Positions 1 to 10,585 of a DNA stretch of 64,000 bases are shown in pieces. A model generated the notes under the pieces. That model ran no database searches. It saw nothing but the letters and a program-made list of their open reading frames with translations, and had not been told where the DNA came from. The stretch is taken from the NCBI GenBank assembly GCA_963663895.2, contig CAXXRD010000001.1:256001-320000 (forward strand). Direction: 5' to 3'. The first letter of the stretch is position 1; the number at the start of each line of letters is the position of its first letter. The translations under genes were made by a program, and so were the position numbers. Source of the stretch: Dehalococcoidia bacterium (GTDB lineage: Bacteria > Chloroflexota > Dehalococcoidia > Bin125).

Positions 1-191
1 ATGACAACTGTTGCTGCGGACACTAGTGGCACTACCGATAGTTGTCAACCGCAACAATTGCCATCGGAACGCATTGCCGTTGGCATGTGTTGGGGAGTAC
101 AAGTATCCTGGCGGCAGAGGCCCGTCCGGGTTAGGTTTTCTCCGCCGTCGGTACGCCAACCTTCTATTACGATGAGTCCGGTGAGACGCGT

Positions 192-698
192 ATGCCCGAT
201 CCCCAGCACGACGAGCCGCCGCCGGATCCCAGCCGCGATCCCCCGTCGGCGACGGTGGACCTCGTGGTCCGCTCGACCGATCTGCTGAACGCGGTCGCCA
301 AGGGAATGGCGGAAGAGCTGGGGCCTCATGACCTCAGCCCCCTGGAGTTCAGTCTGCTCAGGGTCTGCGCGGAGAAAAGCGAGGTCACCGCGACGGAGCT
401 CGCGGTCGTGTTGCCGGTCGACGCGTCCCGGATCAGCCGCGTCGTGACCAGGCTGGTTGACAAGGGCTTGCTGAGCCGCCGCCGGCTGCGCAACGACCGG
501 CGCATCGTGATGCTGCGGTTGTCCGATGAAGGCGCCGCCCTGACGGCCCGGCTCCACCAGCGGCTACGCGCCTACGACGTCAGGCTCACCAAGAACATCG
601 CGGAGGAAGATCTGGACGTGTTCGCGTCCGTCGTCTCCAGGATCCTCGCCAACTACATGCGCATCGCCTCCCCCCCCCCCCCCCCGCTAAACCACTAG
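192..698 (+). CDS. MarR-family transcriptional regulator
   Basis: Winged-HTH pattern LSPLEFSLL...TATELA...SRISRVVTRLVDKGLL and DRR wing motif. Confidence 0.9.
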   Translation: MPDPQHDEPPPDPSRDPPSATVDLVVRSTDLLNAVAKGMAEELGPHDLSPLEFSLLRVCAEKSEVTATELAVVLPVDASRISRVVTRLVDKGLLSRRRLRNDRRIVMLRLSDEGAALTARLHQRLRAYDVRLTKNIAEEDLDVFASVVSRILANYMRIASPPPPPLNH

Positions 699-744
699 AC
701 GCAAGGGTCTCCGGGGGGTCCCGCCGCGGCGCGCGCGATTCCGG

Positions 745-1572
745 CTAGGCGAGGGGCTTGTTGGCGACGGCCTCGCCGTAGGCGAGGGCGGCGAACGCCG
801 CGGCATGGTCCTTCCACTGCTCGTAGGCGTCATGGATGTGCTTGCACAACGTTTCGGTCGCCGCCCCGTATTTGATGGCCGCCTCCGTGATCTCCGGCGA
901 CAGGAACCACTGATTGGCGATGCGATGGATGAAGGCGACATCCTCGGGGGTGTTGTACACAGTGAACGAGGCCGTCATGCGCAGGTTGGTGAAGCCGGCC
1001 GCGAGGATATGCCCCTTCATATCCTTGCCCATCTGGGGGTGCCCCTCATCGGCCGTCAGCAGGTCCTCGAACATGTCCCACGCTTTGCGGATCACGCCGA
1101 AGTCGGGATGGGTGAAGGATGATCCGGTGATCATCTCCCGACAGGCGAGCAGGCCGCCGGGCTTGAGGACGCGCCGGACCTCGGCGAGGACGGCGGCCGT
1201 GTCGGGGATGTGCATGAGCACGTTGTGGCAGTGGGCGACATCGAAGAAGCCGTCCTCGTAGGGAAGGGCGGTCACATCCCCCACGCGAAAATCCGTGTTG
1301 TCACGCCCCGCCGCCTGCGCCACGGACCGCGCCAGGGCGATCTGGGATTCCTCCATGTCGACGCCGTGCAACTCGCCGGGCGCGATGGCCTTCGCCAGCC
1401 CCACGGAGATGGTGCCCGGGCCGCAGCCGAAATCGAGCACGCGCAGCCCCGGCCGGAGATGGGGGAGCAGATAGGCGGCGCTGGTCTCCGCCGTGTAGCG
1501 CCGGAGCGCTTCCATGAACTCTTCACTGAACCCCATCGTGTAGTCGGGGGTCGCGGACAACTCGTTACTCAT
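745..1572 (-). CDS. Class I SAM-dependent methyltransferase (UbiE/Methyltransf_31-like)
   Basis: Motif I VLDFGCGPG; GVD; GDVTALPYEDGFFDV; RVLKPGG. Confidence 0.9.
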   Translation of the reverse strand: MSNELSATPDYTMGFSEEFMEALRRYTAETSAAYLLPHLRPGLRVLDFGCGPGTISVGLAKAIAPGELHGVDMEESQIALARSVAQAAGRDNTDFRVGDVTALPYEDGFFDVAHCHNVLMHIPDTAAVLAEVRRVLKPGGLLACREMITGSSFTHPDFGVIRKAWDMFEDLLTADEGHPQMGKDMKGHILAAGFTNLRMTASFTVYNTPEDVAFIHRIANQWFLSPEITEAAIKYGAATETLCKHIHDAYEQWKDHAAAFAALAYGEAVANKPLA

Positions 1573-1748
1573 GGTGGCTCATTCTTGGAACTCTTCACTT
1601 AACCCCACCGTGTAGTGGGGATAGGGGTAGACGTATGATACTCACATCTCACTGCTCCTGATCGTCCTGATCAGGATTCGGGAAAGCGATCAAGAGGGGA
1701 GAGTAAGTCCTCCCACACGTCGCCCCTTGCGATATGCCCTGATCGTGT

Positions 1749-1769
1749 CCGATAAGACGCTTTTATCGG
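1749..1769. other. Putative tyrosine-recombinase crossover site (CCGATAA-N7-TTATCGG)
   Basis: Perfect 7-bp inverted repeat around a 7-bp spacer, 30 bp upstream of the recombinase remnant. Confidence 0.5.
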
Positions 1770-1798
1770 TCGGTACCGCTAGAACGGCAGCACTCCTG

Positions 1799-2320
1799 AT
1801 GGCCCCAAAGCGACGCGTGGTGGACCCCCGGCTCGGCGAGCGCCGGCGCGCTGCCCTGGTCCCCGTCGACCGCGCTGCATCCACCGTGGCCGCTGTGGTG
1901 CCGCCCGCCCCCGACGCCGACGAGGCGGAGTTCTCCGCGTACGAGCGCGTGGCCGGCTGGAGCGCAAACACCCGCCGCGCCTATCTGCGCGCCTGGCGCG
2001 CCTGGGAAGCCTGGGCCACGGCCCACGGCGCCCCGGTCCTGCCCGCGCGCGGGCAGGATGTCCGCGCCTATCTCCTCGAGCGCGCCGCTGAGGGGCGGGC
2101 CCTGGCGACCCTGCGGGCCGATGCCGGTGGAATCGCCGCCGTCCACAACGCCGCCCACGAGCCCAATCCCTGCGCCAAGGGCGGGGCCGTGCGGATGGCC
2201 TTGACCCAACTGGCCAAGCAGCGCGGCAGCGCCCAGCGCTAGGTCGCCGTCCTTGATGCCGATGCGGTCGCCGCCATCTACGCCACGGCCTATCGCCCAC
2301 GGAAGGGCAAACGGGACGAT
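1799..2320 (+). pseudogene. Cre-like tyrosine recombinase remnant (N-terminal core-binding domain only)
   Basis: SANTRRAY..AWRAW..W, VRAYL, ALATLR..AGIAAVH; TAG at 2240-2242 followed by in-frame VAVLDADAVAAIYATA; no catalytic domain follows. Confidence 0.7.
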
Positions 2321-2476
2321 TATGCGGGCGAAATCTCAACGTTGCATCGCCTACCTGCTCGCTGCAGTTGCCCGGCAACAGATGCGCCCAAGGCACCAAA
2401 TCGTCCGGGATACACTAAGTGATAATTAGTGATCAAATATTGGTCGCTTTATCTATGAAATAAGTGAATTTTTGAT

Positions 2477-2932
2477 ATGCAAAGTGCGGACATTCCAGCC
2501 CTCAAAGTCCAGCGCCTGCGCGCCAGCGCCCGCCTTCCCGTGCGCGCAACCCCAGGCAGCTCCGGCCTGGATCTCTACGCCGACCTCGGCGGAGCCGGAG
2601 AGACTCTCAACCTCACGGCTATGCCCCAACTCGTCGGCACGGGCATCGCCGTCGAGCCCCCGCCCGGCTGCGAGGTGCAAGTCCGACCGCGATCGGGGCT
2701 GTCTCGCCAAGGAGTCGCCGTCGCCTTCGGCACCATCGACAGCGACTACCGCGGCGAGGTGCTGGTCAACATGGCCTTCCCTGGCGACCCCGGCCGCTCC
2801 TTCCCCATCCGTCACGGCGACCGCATCGCACAGCTGGTCGTCGCCCCCGTGTTGCGGACCGACGTTCTCGAAGTCGACGAACTGACCACGACCGACCGGG
2901 GCAGCAGTGGCTTCGGATCCAGCGGCCGCTAA
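2477..2932 (+). CDS. dut: dUTP diphosphatase
   Basis: Motifs SSGLDL, RPRSGL, GTIDSDYRGE, GDRIAQL, RGSSGFGSSG. Confidence 0.97.
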   Translation: MQSADIPALKVQRLRASARLPVRATPGSSGLDLYADLGGAGETLNLTAMPQLVGTGIAVEPPPGCEVQVRPRSGLSRQGVAVAFGTIDSDYRGEVLVNMAFPGDPGRSFPIRHGDRIAQLVVAPVLRTDVLEVDELTTTDRGSSGFGSSGR

Positions 2933-3061
2933 GGCCGGGGAACCAACTGCCGTCGCCGAACGTTGGAACCTAGTGAAAGCGAGGTGTCGCGGCCGGCCGC
3001 GCGAGCGCCAGCCAACGTGTCGCGCTACAGTACCGAATAGGGTCGGGGACGAGCAGAGAAT

Positions 3062-4666
3062 ATGATGCGGAAGCGCCGACCGATCGCCCTCCTGGGCATC
3101 TCCCTTCTGTGTGTGGCCCTGGTGGCGTGCGGCGGTGGAGACGACCTTTTCAGTCCGGAAACCGTGGCGCCCGGCTCGGGCGAGGACCGCGCCCCAAACT
3201 TCGACGACTTCGACCCCACCGCGGGCGTCCAATCCCCTCCTACCGACGCGGCCCCCGGCGAGCCTGCCGACACCCCCTTTGAAGATCGCTCGGAAGACCG
3301 CCCCGTCGCTCCCGAAGATCCTGCCGTCATCTTGGAAGCGGGCAGTCCCGCCAACGTCCCGGACGCCCCGCGCCAGATCGAGCCCCGCGAGGGAGACATC
3401 GTCTACACCGTACAGCCGGGCGACACGATCGGTTTGATCGCGGTGCAGTTTGGCGTCACCATCAACGCCATCATCGAAGCCAACGGCCTCACGAACCCGG
3501 ACAGAATCGACATCGGCCAAGAGCTGATCATCCCGCCCCAAGCGGCCGACGTCGGCCTTGAAACCGTTCCGGACGACACCGCCGTGCCGGACCGGCCCGC
3601 GGGTTTCACCGCCTTCGCCGACAGCGCCCTCGCCTGGATCGACGCGCGCCAAAGCGTCGGCGACTGCATCATCCCGCTCTTCAATCAATGGGGCATGCCG
3701 CCCGTCTTCGGAGGCGACCGCTGCAACCTCGTCGACACCAACCTGGACGGCTACAGCAGCGCCGCTATTATCTTCACGGACCCCACCCCTTCTGACTTTT
3801 CACAGATCAGCAGCGACCTCGTCATCTTCGAGCCGTCTGGCGATGATGGCACGAGCTTCCGTGTCGCCTACCAACTCTCCGCGACCGGTCCTGCCTTCGA
3901 CATCGCCGTCCTGCACACACGCGATATCAATGGAGACGTGTGGCCCGACATCACCTTCCAAGAAGTTGACTGCGGCGCCTCCAGATGCATCACCATTCTG
4001 CACGTCCTCAGCTGGGATAGCGACACGCAAACCTACGTGGACCTCGCTGCGGGCCTCATCGAGATCGCCGGCGCCGCCTCCTTCGACTTCAGTGACCGCA
4101 CCGGCGACGGCATTGCGGATATCACCATCGCCACTGCCGCCGCCAGCTCCCCGGACGCCGGACCGGCCTGCGGCGCGGGCGACCTCCTCTACAGCGCCCA
4201 CTCCGGCACCCTTCAGCTCATCGAAGCGGACAGCAGCTCCAGCGACTCCCTCATCTGCACCATCGTGCCCGGCAACGAAGCCTTCGCCGCCGGCGCATAC
4301 CAGGACGCACTGGCCGCCTACGAGGAAGCGGTCGGCAACGCCGCCCTCCAAACCGGAGAGATCCCCAACGAGCGAGCCGAACTCACCGCCTTCGCCCACT
4401 TGCGCCAGGCCATCGTCCTTGCGCTCCAGGGCAATACGGCCGCCGCCATCGCCGCAGCGCAGCTAGGCGCAACCGAGGAAGGGCTGCACGCCCGCCTCGC
4501 CAACGCCTTCCTCAGCGGCTACGCCGGCAGCAACGACATCAGCGCCGGCTGCGCCACCCTCAACAACGAGATTGCCCCCCTCGCCGATCAGTTCCGTAAC
4601 TTCTGGAGCCAGTTCGGCTACAGTGCCGCTACCGCCCCAGGCACGGAGGAGCTCTGCCCCTTCTAG
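3062..4666 (+). CDS. LysM-domain lipoprotein
   Basis: Lipobox LVAC; LysM YTVQPGDTI..IA..FGVT...I..ANGL.NPD.I.IGQ.L.IP; acidic DxNGD/DRTGDG loops; helical C-terminus. Confidence 0.85.
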   Translation: MMRKRRPIALLGISLLCVALVACGGGDDLFSPETVAPGSGEDRAPNFDDFDPTAGVQSPPTDAAPGEPADTPFEDRSEDRPVAPEDPAVILEAGSPANVPDAPRQIEPREGDIVYTVQPGDTIGLIAVQFGVTINAIIEANGLTNPDRIDIGQELIIPPQAADVGLETVPDDTAVPDRPAGFTAFADSALAWIDARQSVGDCIIPLFNQWGMPPVFGGDRCNLVDTNLDGYSSAAIIFTDPTPSDFSQISSDLVIFEPSGDDGTSFRVAYQLSATGPAFDIAVLHTRDINGDVWPDITFQEVDCGASRCITILHVLSWDSDTQTYVDLAAGLIEIAGAASFDFSDRTGDGIADITIATAAASSPDAGPACGAGDLLYSAHSGTLQLIEADSSSSDSLICTIVPGNEAFAAGAYQDALAAYEEAVGNAALQTGEIPNERAELTAFAHLRQAIVLALQGNTAAAIAAAQLGATEEGLHARLANAFLSGYAGSNDISAGCATLNNEIAPLADQFRNFWSQFGYSAATAPGTEELCPF

Positions 4667-4768
4667 AGTGTGCTTCCAATCGGTCCACGGAACCGATCGC
4701 AGGTGAATCGCGTCGACCCCTCCCCAGCAGCACCCCATGACTCCGCGCCTGCTGCGCGTGCCTAACCC

Positions 4769-6832
4769 ATGACCCTCGCGGACGCGACGGCATCCCGCGT
4801 CCAAGCGCCCTTCCGCACCCTCTACCGCATGCGGGTGCCGGCGGACTTCACCCCCTTCGCGCTCGCGCTCGCCGTCGGCGTCGCGGCCGGCTTGGGAGCG
4901 GTCGCGTTCACCGAGGCTCTGGAAGGCTTCAACGACCTCCTCCTCGGCGACTTAGCCGGCGCGCTGGAGAACGCCCTGGGGCACTGGACCCTGTTCCTGA
5001 TCCCCGCCGTGGTCGCCCTCCCGGTCGGCATCTTGGTTTTCCGCTTCGCCAGCGAGGCCAAGGGCCACGGAGTTCCCGAGGTCATGCGCGCCGTCGAGAC
5101 CCAGGGCGGGCGCATCCGCCCCCGCGTGGCCGCCGCCAAGACGCTCGCCTCCGCGCTCACGATCGGCGCCGGGGGATCCGTCGGGCGCGAGGGCCCGATC
5201 GTCCAGATCGGCGCCGCCCTCGCCTCGTCGATCGGACAGGTGATGCGCCAGCCGCCCGAAATGGTGACGCTCATGGTCGCGGGCGGCGCCGCCGGCGGGA
5301 TCGCCGCCACCTTCAACGCGCCGATCGCCGGCGTCTTCTTCGCGCTGGAGGTGATCCTGCGCCGCTTCAACGTTCGCAACTTCACGCTCGTGGTCGTCAG
5401 CGCCGTCGTCGCGAACATGATCGCGATCGCCTTCTTCGGCGACCGGCCCGGCATTCTCCTCCCCCGCGAACTCGAGCTGGAGTCCACCATCGAGATCGGA
5501 CTCTACGCCATCCTCGGCGTCGCCGCCGCCGTCACGGGCATCCTCTTCGTGCGCATCCTCTACGGTTTCGAGAGCCTGATCGAGTGGCTCCCCAGCTCGC
5601 CCTACCTCAAACTCACCCTCGCCCTCTTGGGCGTCGGCGCTCTCGGCCTCTGGCACGACGAGCTGTTCGGCACCGGCTTCGGAGCGATCGAAGCGGCCAC
5701 GGTCGGCGGCATCGCCACCGGCACCCTTGCTCTGCTCCTCGTGCTCAAGGTCGTCGCCACCTCGCTGACCCTGGGCGGCGGCGCCTCGGGCGGCGTCTTC
5801 GCTCCCTCCCTCTTCCTCGGGGCGATGCTCGGCGGCCTTCTCGGAGAAGGCTACGCCAGCCTCTTCCCCGATTCCGTCGCGCCCTCGGGCGCCTACGCCA
5901 TCGTCGGCATGGCGGCGGTCTTCGCCGCCGCCGCCCGCGCACCCATCACCTCGCTCTTCATCGTCTTCGAGCTCACCCGGGACTACTCCCTCATTCTGCC
6001 CCTCATGACCGGCGTCGCCATCGCCACCGCCCTCGCCCAGATCATCACCCGCGATACGATCTACTCGATCAAGCTCAGCCGGACCGGCATCCAGCTGCGC
6101 GAAGAGCCGGGCGGCTTCGAGATGGACCAAGGGACCGTCGCCGAAGCGATGCGCACCGACATCCCCCTGGCCGCCAACGACGCCACGCTCGAAGAGCTCG
6201 CCCGCGTCTTCAGCGAAACCGACTCCAGCATCATCGCCGTCACCGACGCCGAGGGACATTTCCGCGGCATTCTCACCACCACCGATTTCACCGCCGCGCT
6301 CGACCGCACCGACGCCGAGCTCACCGCGCGCGACCTCGCCGTCAGCAGCCCGCTCCGCACCTACCCGGACGATAGCCTGCGCACTGTCGTCTCGCTGTTC
6401 GCGGAGCATGGCATACGTCACCTCCCCGTGGTTGCACGCTGGGACCGCCGGCGGCTGCTCGGCATCATCAGCCACCAGGACGTCATCCGTGCGCTCTCGC
6501 GCCGCCCCGCCGGCCAAGCCCCACCCCAGCGCCCCACCAGCCCCGTCCAGCGCCTCGCCGGCGCGGTCCTCATCGAGGTCGCCGTCGAGCCGGACTCCGA
6601 GTTGGTCGGCCGGCGTCTCAGGGAGATCTCGCTGCCCAAGGAGGCCGTCGTGACCACCATTCACCGCGACGACGCCGTCGTCATCCCCCGCGGCGACGTG
6701 GAGATCGAGGCCGACGATCTCCTCACGGTGCTCGCCGAGCCCGCCGTCGAAGCCGCCGTCCGGCGCGCCCTCGCTCCCATCGTGCACGTGGCCGAGCGCG
6801 ATCCGGCCGTCGACCCCGACCCCATCGCCTAA
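4769..6832 (+). CDS. CLC-family chloride channel/H+:Cl- antiporter with CBS pair and TrkA-C domain
   Basis: GHGVPE, GREGP and GVFAP signatures; CBS domains; C-terminal RCK-C (VIPRGD). Confidence 0.93.
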   Translation: MTLADATASRVQAPFRTLYRMRVPADFTPFALALAVGVAAGLGAVAFTEALEGFNDLLLGDLAGALENALGHWTLFLIPAVVALPVGILVFRFASEAKGHGVPEVMRAVETQGGRIRPRVAAAKTLASALTIGAGGSVGREGPIVQIGAALASSIGQVMRQPPEMVTLMVAGGAAGGIAATFNAPIAGVFFALEVILRRFNVRNFTLVVVSAVVANMIAIAFFGDRPGILLPRELELESTIEIGLYAILGVAAAVTGILFVRILYGFESLIEWLPSSPYLKLTLALLGVGALGLWHDELFGTGFGAIEAATVGGIATGTLALLLVLKVVATSLTLGGGASGGVFAPSLFLGAMLGGLLGEGYASLFPDSVAPSGAYAIVGMAAVFAAAARAPITSLFIVFELTRDYSLILPLMTGVAIATALAQIITRDTIYSIKLSRTGIQLREEPGGFEMDQGTVAEAMRTDIPLAANDATLEELARVFSETDSSIIAVTDAEGHFRGILTTTDFTAALDRTDAELTARDLAVSSPLRTYPDDSLRTVVSLFAEHGIRHLPVVARWDRRRLLGIISHQDVIRALSRRPAGQAPPQRPTSPVQRLAGAVLIEVAVEPDSELVGRRLREISLPKEAVVTTIHRDDAVVIPRGDVEIEADDLLTVLAEPAVEAAVRRALAPIVHVAERDPAVDPDPIA

Positions 6833-6850
6833 GCGCCCTGGAGTGCCCGC

Positions 6851-7267
6851 ATGCCTGAACGCACCTTCACGCTGGCGGAAGCGCGGGACCTGATCCCGCG
6901 GGTCGCGCCGATCATCGAAGAGTTCGCGACCAAGCAGGACCGCCTGCAAACGCTCCAGACCATCATGGAGACGATCCGGCGCTCCGCCGCCTCCAACGGC
7001 GGCTCCGCCCACGCGGACACGCGCGCGCAAGAGCGGGAAACCGCCGAGCTTGGCGCGGACCTCCGGCGTGCCCTCCAGGCCCTGCACGAGCTCGGCGCCG
7101 AGCTCAAAGACCCGGATCAAGGGTTGCTGGACTTCCCCGCCCTGCGCGAGGGCCGCCGCGTCTACCTCTGCTGGCGCCGCGGCGAACCGACCATCGACTG
7201 GTGGCACGAGATCAGTGCCGGTTTCGCCGGCCGCCAGCGCATCGTCGAAGAGGAGTGGCTCGACTGA
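6851..7267 (+). CDS. DUF2203-family protein
   Basis: FTLAEA..L.P; KD...GLLDFP; VYLCWR.GE; WWH....GFAGR. Confidence 0.85.
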   Translation: MPERTFTLAEARDLIPRVAPIIEEFATKQDRLQTLQTIMETIRRSAASNGGSAHADTRAQERETAELGADLRRALQALHELGAELKDPDQGLLDFPALREGRRVYLCWRRGEPTIDWWHEISAGFAGRQRIVEEEWLD

Positions 7268-7331
7268 GCCGATGAACCGCACCGCACCGGCCCGGCGCGG
7301 AGAGGCGCGCGCGCAGCAGTGCAGGACTGGC

Positions 7332-7357
7332 GGAACCATTCCCTTGGCGGCGGCGTT
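7332..7357 (+). promoter_or_regulatory. ECF-sigma-type promoter GGAAC-N17-CGTT (copy 1)
   Basis: Same motif and downstream leader recur at 48566 and 50754. Confidence 0.65.
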
Positions 7358-7387
7358 AACTTGGACAAGACGGCCGGAGGGAGCGCC

Positions 7388-8694
7388 ATGCCCCTGCTCC
7401 GCGCGCGGCGCTTTGCAGTACTTCTGCTCGCAGCCGGCCTCGCCCTGGTGCTGGCGAGCGGCCTGGCGGCGTGCGGTGGGTCAGCGGACGACGATCCCCC
7501 GCCCGCACCCAGCGAGACCGCTCCGCCAACCGCAGCACCAGCCGAGCCGCCCGTGCCAGTCGAATCGCCTGCGACGGCTACGCCCACATCGCTGGCGGAG
7601 ACTACGCAAACCCCGAGAATCACGCCCGATCCCCCCACTCCGGAACCGCCCGCAGCGCTGGGTGATCCGCCCCCGCCGCCGGCGGAGGCCACGGCGGCCG
7701 CCGAGACCATGGCCCTCCTTTACGACACCTACGACTTCAGTGGCACCGTGGCGGAGCCGGGCCACTACGTCTTCCTTGAAGATCCCGCCGACACCAGTAC
7801 CGCCGTCACCACCTACGAGGGGGGCTGCGCGACGGCACAGCAACGGCTCTGCTAATCCACACGACGGACGCCCACGGCGTTCCGCAGACGGAACGCTACG
7901 AAGCCGTGGCCACCGGCGACCTCTTCGAGTAGCGCCAGGCCAGCGACTGCTTCGTGCGCTACACGGTGAATGACGTCAAGGACGACCCGGCGGGCGATCC
8001 CCCGCGCAAGCTGCTGGGCGTGGCCTGGATGACCTACGCCTTCACCGGCTGCAGCGGGGCGATCAGCACCGCCGCCACCGCCGTCAGCGTCACCTGGGGC
8101 GCGGTCCTACCCGATCTCGGCGGGACCAGCCTCACGGCGCCCATCCGCCACGGCCCCTTTCAGCTCGTCCCCGAGAACTGGACCGGAGCCGTCGGGACGA
8201 CTGAAGTTCACGAAGCGCCAGTCCTCGACAATCCCAGCTATACCGAAGTCCTGGCCGAGGCCCGGCTCCTGCCCTACTGGCGCGACCCGGCCCTGCCCGC
8301 CGGCTGGACCTTCTGCCGCGCCATTGCCGATCCCACCGAGCTGACCTATGGGTACAGTGCGGTGTATCTGACCCCCCGAGGGAATCCCGGGTTGCTCATC
8401 CAGGGTGCCTTCACGGGGAATCGGGGCGGGGCTAGAGAGGCAGCCTGGCGGCCCAACGGCGCCGATCTGGGCGTTCGCGAAACGCGCGTGATCGCCGGCC
8501 GCCCGGCGCAGGTCATCTACAGCCCGCCGGGGCCCGGCAACTTCTCTTTCTTCCCGGTGTCCGTGTGGGTCTTTGCCGCGGCCGCTGAGAGCGTCCATGT
8601 GCTGCACGGGTACACCAAGAGCCTGCGTGGCAGCAATGTCGACGCCGTCATCGCCATCGCCCGCAGCCTCTTCGCGCCCCCCAACGCGCCTTGA
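7388..8694 (+). pseudogene. Pro/Ala/Thr-rich-linker lipoprotein, interrupted
   Basis: Lipobox LAACGG; +1 shift in G-run near 7820; in-frame TAG at 7930-7932; reading frame continues as ORF 7954-8694. Confidence 0.7.
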
Positions 8695-8802
8695 GGCCGT
8701 GCGTGGGCGTCGCCACCTTGAAACCGAGCGGCGTACGTATCCCGACTCGGCCCTCGCGACCGGCGTGTTTCCGCAAGGGCTCCCGACAGAGAGCGCCGGC
8801 GT

Positions 8803-9657
8803 CTAGTGGCTCTCGAACTCCGCGGGATGACGCCCGTGCGGGTGCGCGTGCGGCTCCGCCGCGTACGTCTGCTTCCCTACCTCGAACACCATCACGTGGC
8901 GTCCGAAAGCCCCCGTCAGCGTCTCCTCCGTCAGGACCTCCTGCGGCACCCCCTGCGCCACCAAGCGCTGGTCCAGCAACAAGGCCCGGTTGTAGCGCCG
9001 GTAGACGCAGGCGATGTCGTGCGTCGCCACGATCAGCGTCTTCCCCTCCGCCACGAGCTCATCGAAGAGATCCAGCATGTCCTCTTCCACGCCCGCATCG
9101 AGCCCGGCGGCCGGTTCGTCCAAGATGAAGACCGCCGGATCCTTCACCAAAGCCCGCGCGAGCAGCACGCGCCGCTGCTGGCCGCCGCTGAGCTCCGCGA
9201 TCTGCCGCTTCTCCAACGCGCGCACTCCCACGCGATCCATCGCCGCCGTGATGGTCGCCCGCGACACGCGGCGCCGCGGCTGCCGCCGTCCGAACCAGGG
9301 CCGGTAGGCGCCCATAGCGACCACGTCGCCGACCGTCGCCGGGAAGTTCCAATCCACCTGCTCCGCTTGCGGCATGTAGCCCACGTGCCGCCGCGCCTCG
9401 GCCGGCTCTTCCCCCAACACCCGCACGCGACCCCGCCAAGGCTCGATCAACCCCAGCAACGTCTTGATCAGCGTGCTCTTGCCCGCGCCGTTGGGGCCGA
9501 TCAGCCCCACGAGTTCCCCGGGTGGAATAGCGAACTCGACCCCCTCGATCGCCGGATGATGACCAGCGTACCCCGTCGTCAGCTGCTCCACCGCGATCGC
9601 AGCGGTTTCCGCCCGCGGGGCCGTCTTCTCAAGCACGGCTTCGGACGCAGGTGTCAT
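8803..9657 (-). CDS. Mn/Zn ABC transporter ATP-binding protein (ZnuC/MntA-like)
   Basis: GPNGAGKS, YMPQ...VDWNFP, LSGGQ, LDEP; His-rich tail. Confidence 0.92.
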   Translation of the reverse strand: MTPASEAVLEKTAPRAETAAIAVEQLTTGYAGHHPAIEGVEFAIPPGELVGLIGPNGAGKSTLIKTLLGLIEPWRGRVRVLGEEPAEARRHVGYMPQAEQVDWNFPATVGDVVAMGAYRPWFGRRQPRRRVSRATITAAMDRVGVRALEKRQIAELSGGQQRRVLLARALVKDPAVFILDEPAAGLDAGVEEDMLDLFDELVAEGKTLIVATHDIACVYRRYNRALLLDQRLVAQGVPQEVLTEETLTGAFGRHVMVFEVGKQTYAAEPHAHPHGRHPAEFESH

Positions 9658-9725
9658 GAATCCTCCAGGACCGCTCGGGAGCAATGTAGCCTAGCAGCTT
9701 GCAGCGATCCGGCGGGCGAAAAGAT

Positions 9726-10585
9726 CTAGTAGTCGAGCAGCAGCACCGGGTCGGCCGTGCGTTGACCCACGTGCATGCCGGGCTCCAACGTCACGACGAG
9801 GCTCGTCGCTTCATCCCAATGCTCCTCCAAGTAGCGGCGCACGAAGCCGCGCCCCGACTGGTCCACGTAGAAATGCCCGACCCGCCCGCCCCCGTCCGCC
9901 GTCTCCACCCACACGATATAGACCGTGCCCTGTACCGTCGGCGGCAATCCGTCCGCGACCAGGGTGTAGACCCGCTTCTGCGGCTCCCAGATCATGCGCG
10001 CCTTGGCCGCCGGCGCCATCTCGGTTCGTCGCAACGACATGATCTCGGTGTCCGGCGCGGAGAGCGAGAACAGCGCCTCCTGCGTGGCGAAGACCGGCTC
10101 GGGCGTCCCCCCAGCAGCGAGCGTGCCGTCCCCCTCCCATGCAAGCTCCTGGACGGGCACCGCCAGCACGCTGCTCTCGCCCTCCAGCTCACCGACGCGA
10201 TCGTGCAGCACGGCGTTCCAGGTCGCCAGCCCGACCACAGCCGCTACCCCGACCGACGCCGCCATCGCCGCCACGCCGCCGGGACGCCGGAAGGCGCTGA
10301 GCCAGGTCGCACTGATGCCGCCCGTGAACAGGCTGCTCCGCTGCCTCTCCGCACCCTCCACCCGGACCGCCTGCGCGAGAACGCGCTGCTTGAGCCGCGC
10401 AGCCGGCGTCACCAGCGGCGTCGCCAGCGCCAGCGCGCCGGCGACCCTTGGAACGCGGCCAGCGTGCGGCCACAATCCTCGCAGTCGTCATCGAGATGCC
10501 GCTCGACCAGAGCGTGCTCCTCCGGATCGAGAGCGGCGAGCGCGTACTCCGCCAGCAGCTCCGCCGCAGCCGCGTGCCGCCGCCC
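9726..10585 (-). pseudogene. RskA-like zinc-binding anti-sigma factor, frameshifted, start missing
   Basis: [12 protein letters not shown]...[12 protein letters not shown] in one frame; TM helix plus Y.VW...G...VTLEP RskA C-terminus in another. Confidence 0.7.

Noticed and set aside
670-685. C16 tract as a phase-variation switch
   Set aside because: It lies in the last codons of marR, so length changes would barely alter the protein; homopolymer length is also unreliable in this assembly.
4952-7339. Long antisense or overlapping ORFs (also 9699-12011, 29445-31049, 40770-42269)
   Set aside because: Shadow ORFs expected at high GC, opposite or overlapping well-supported genes.
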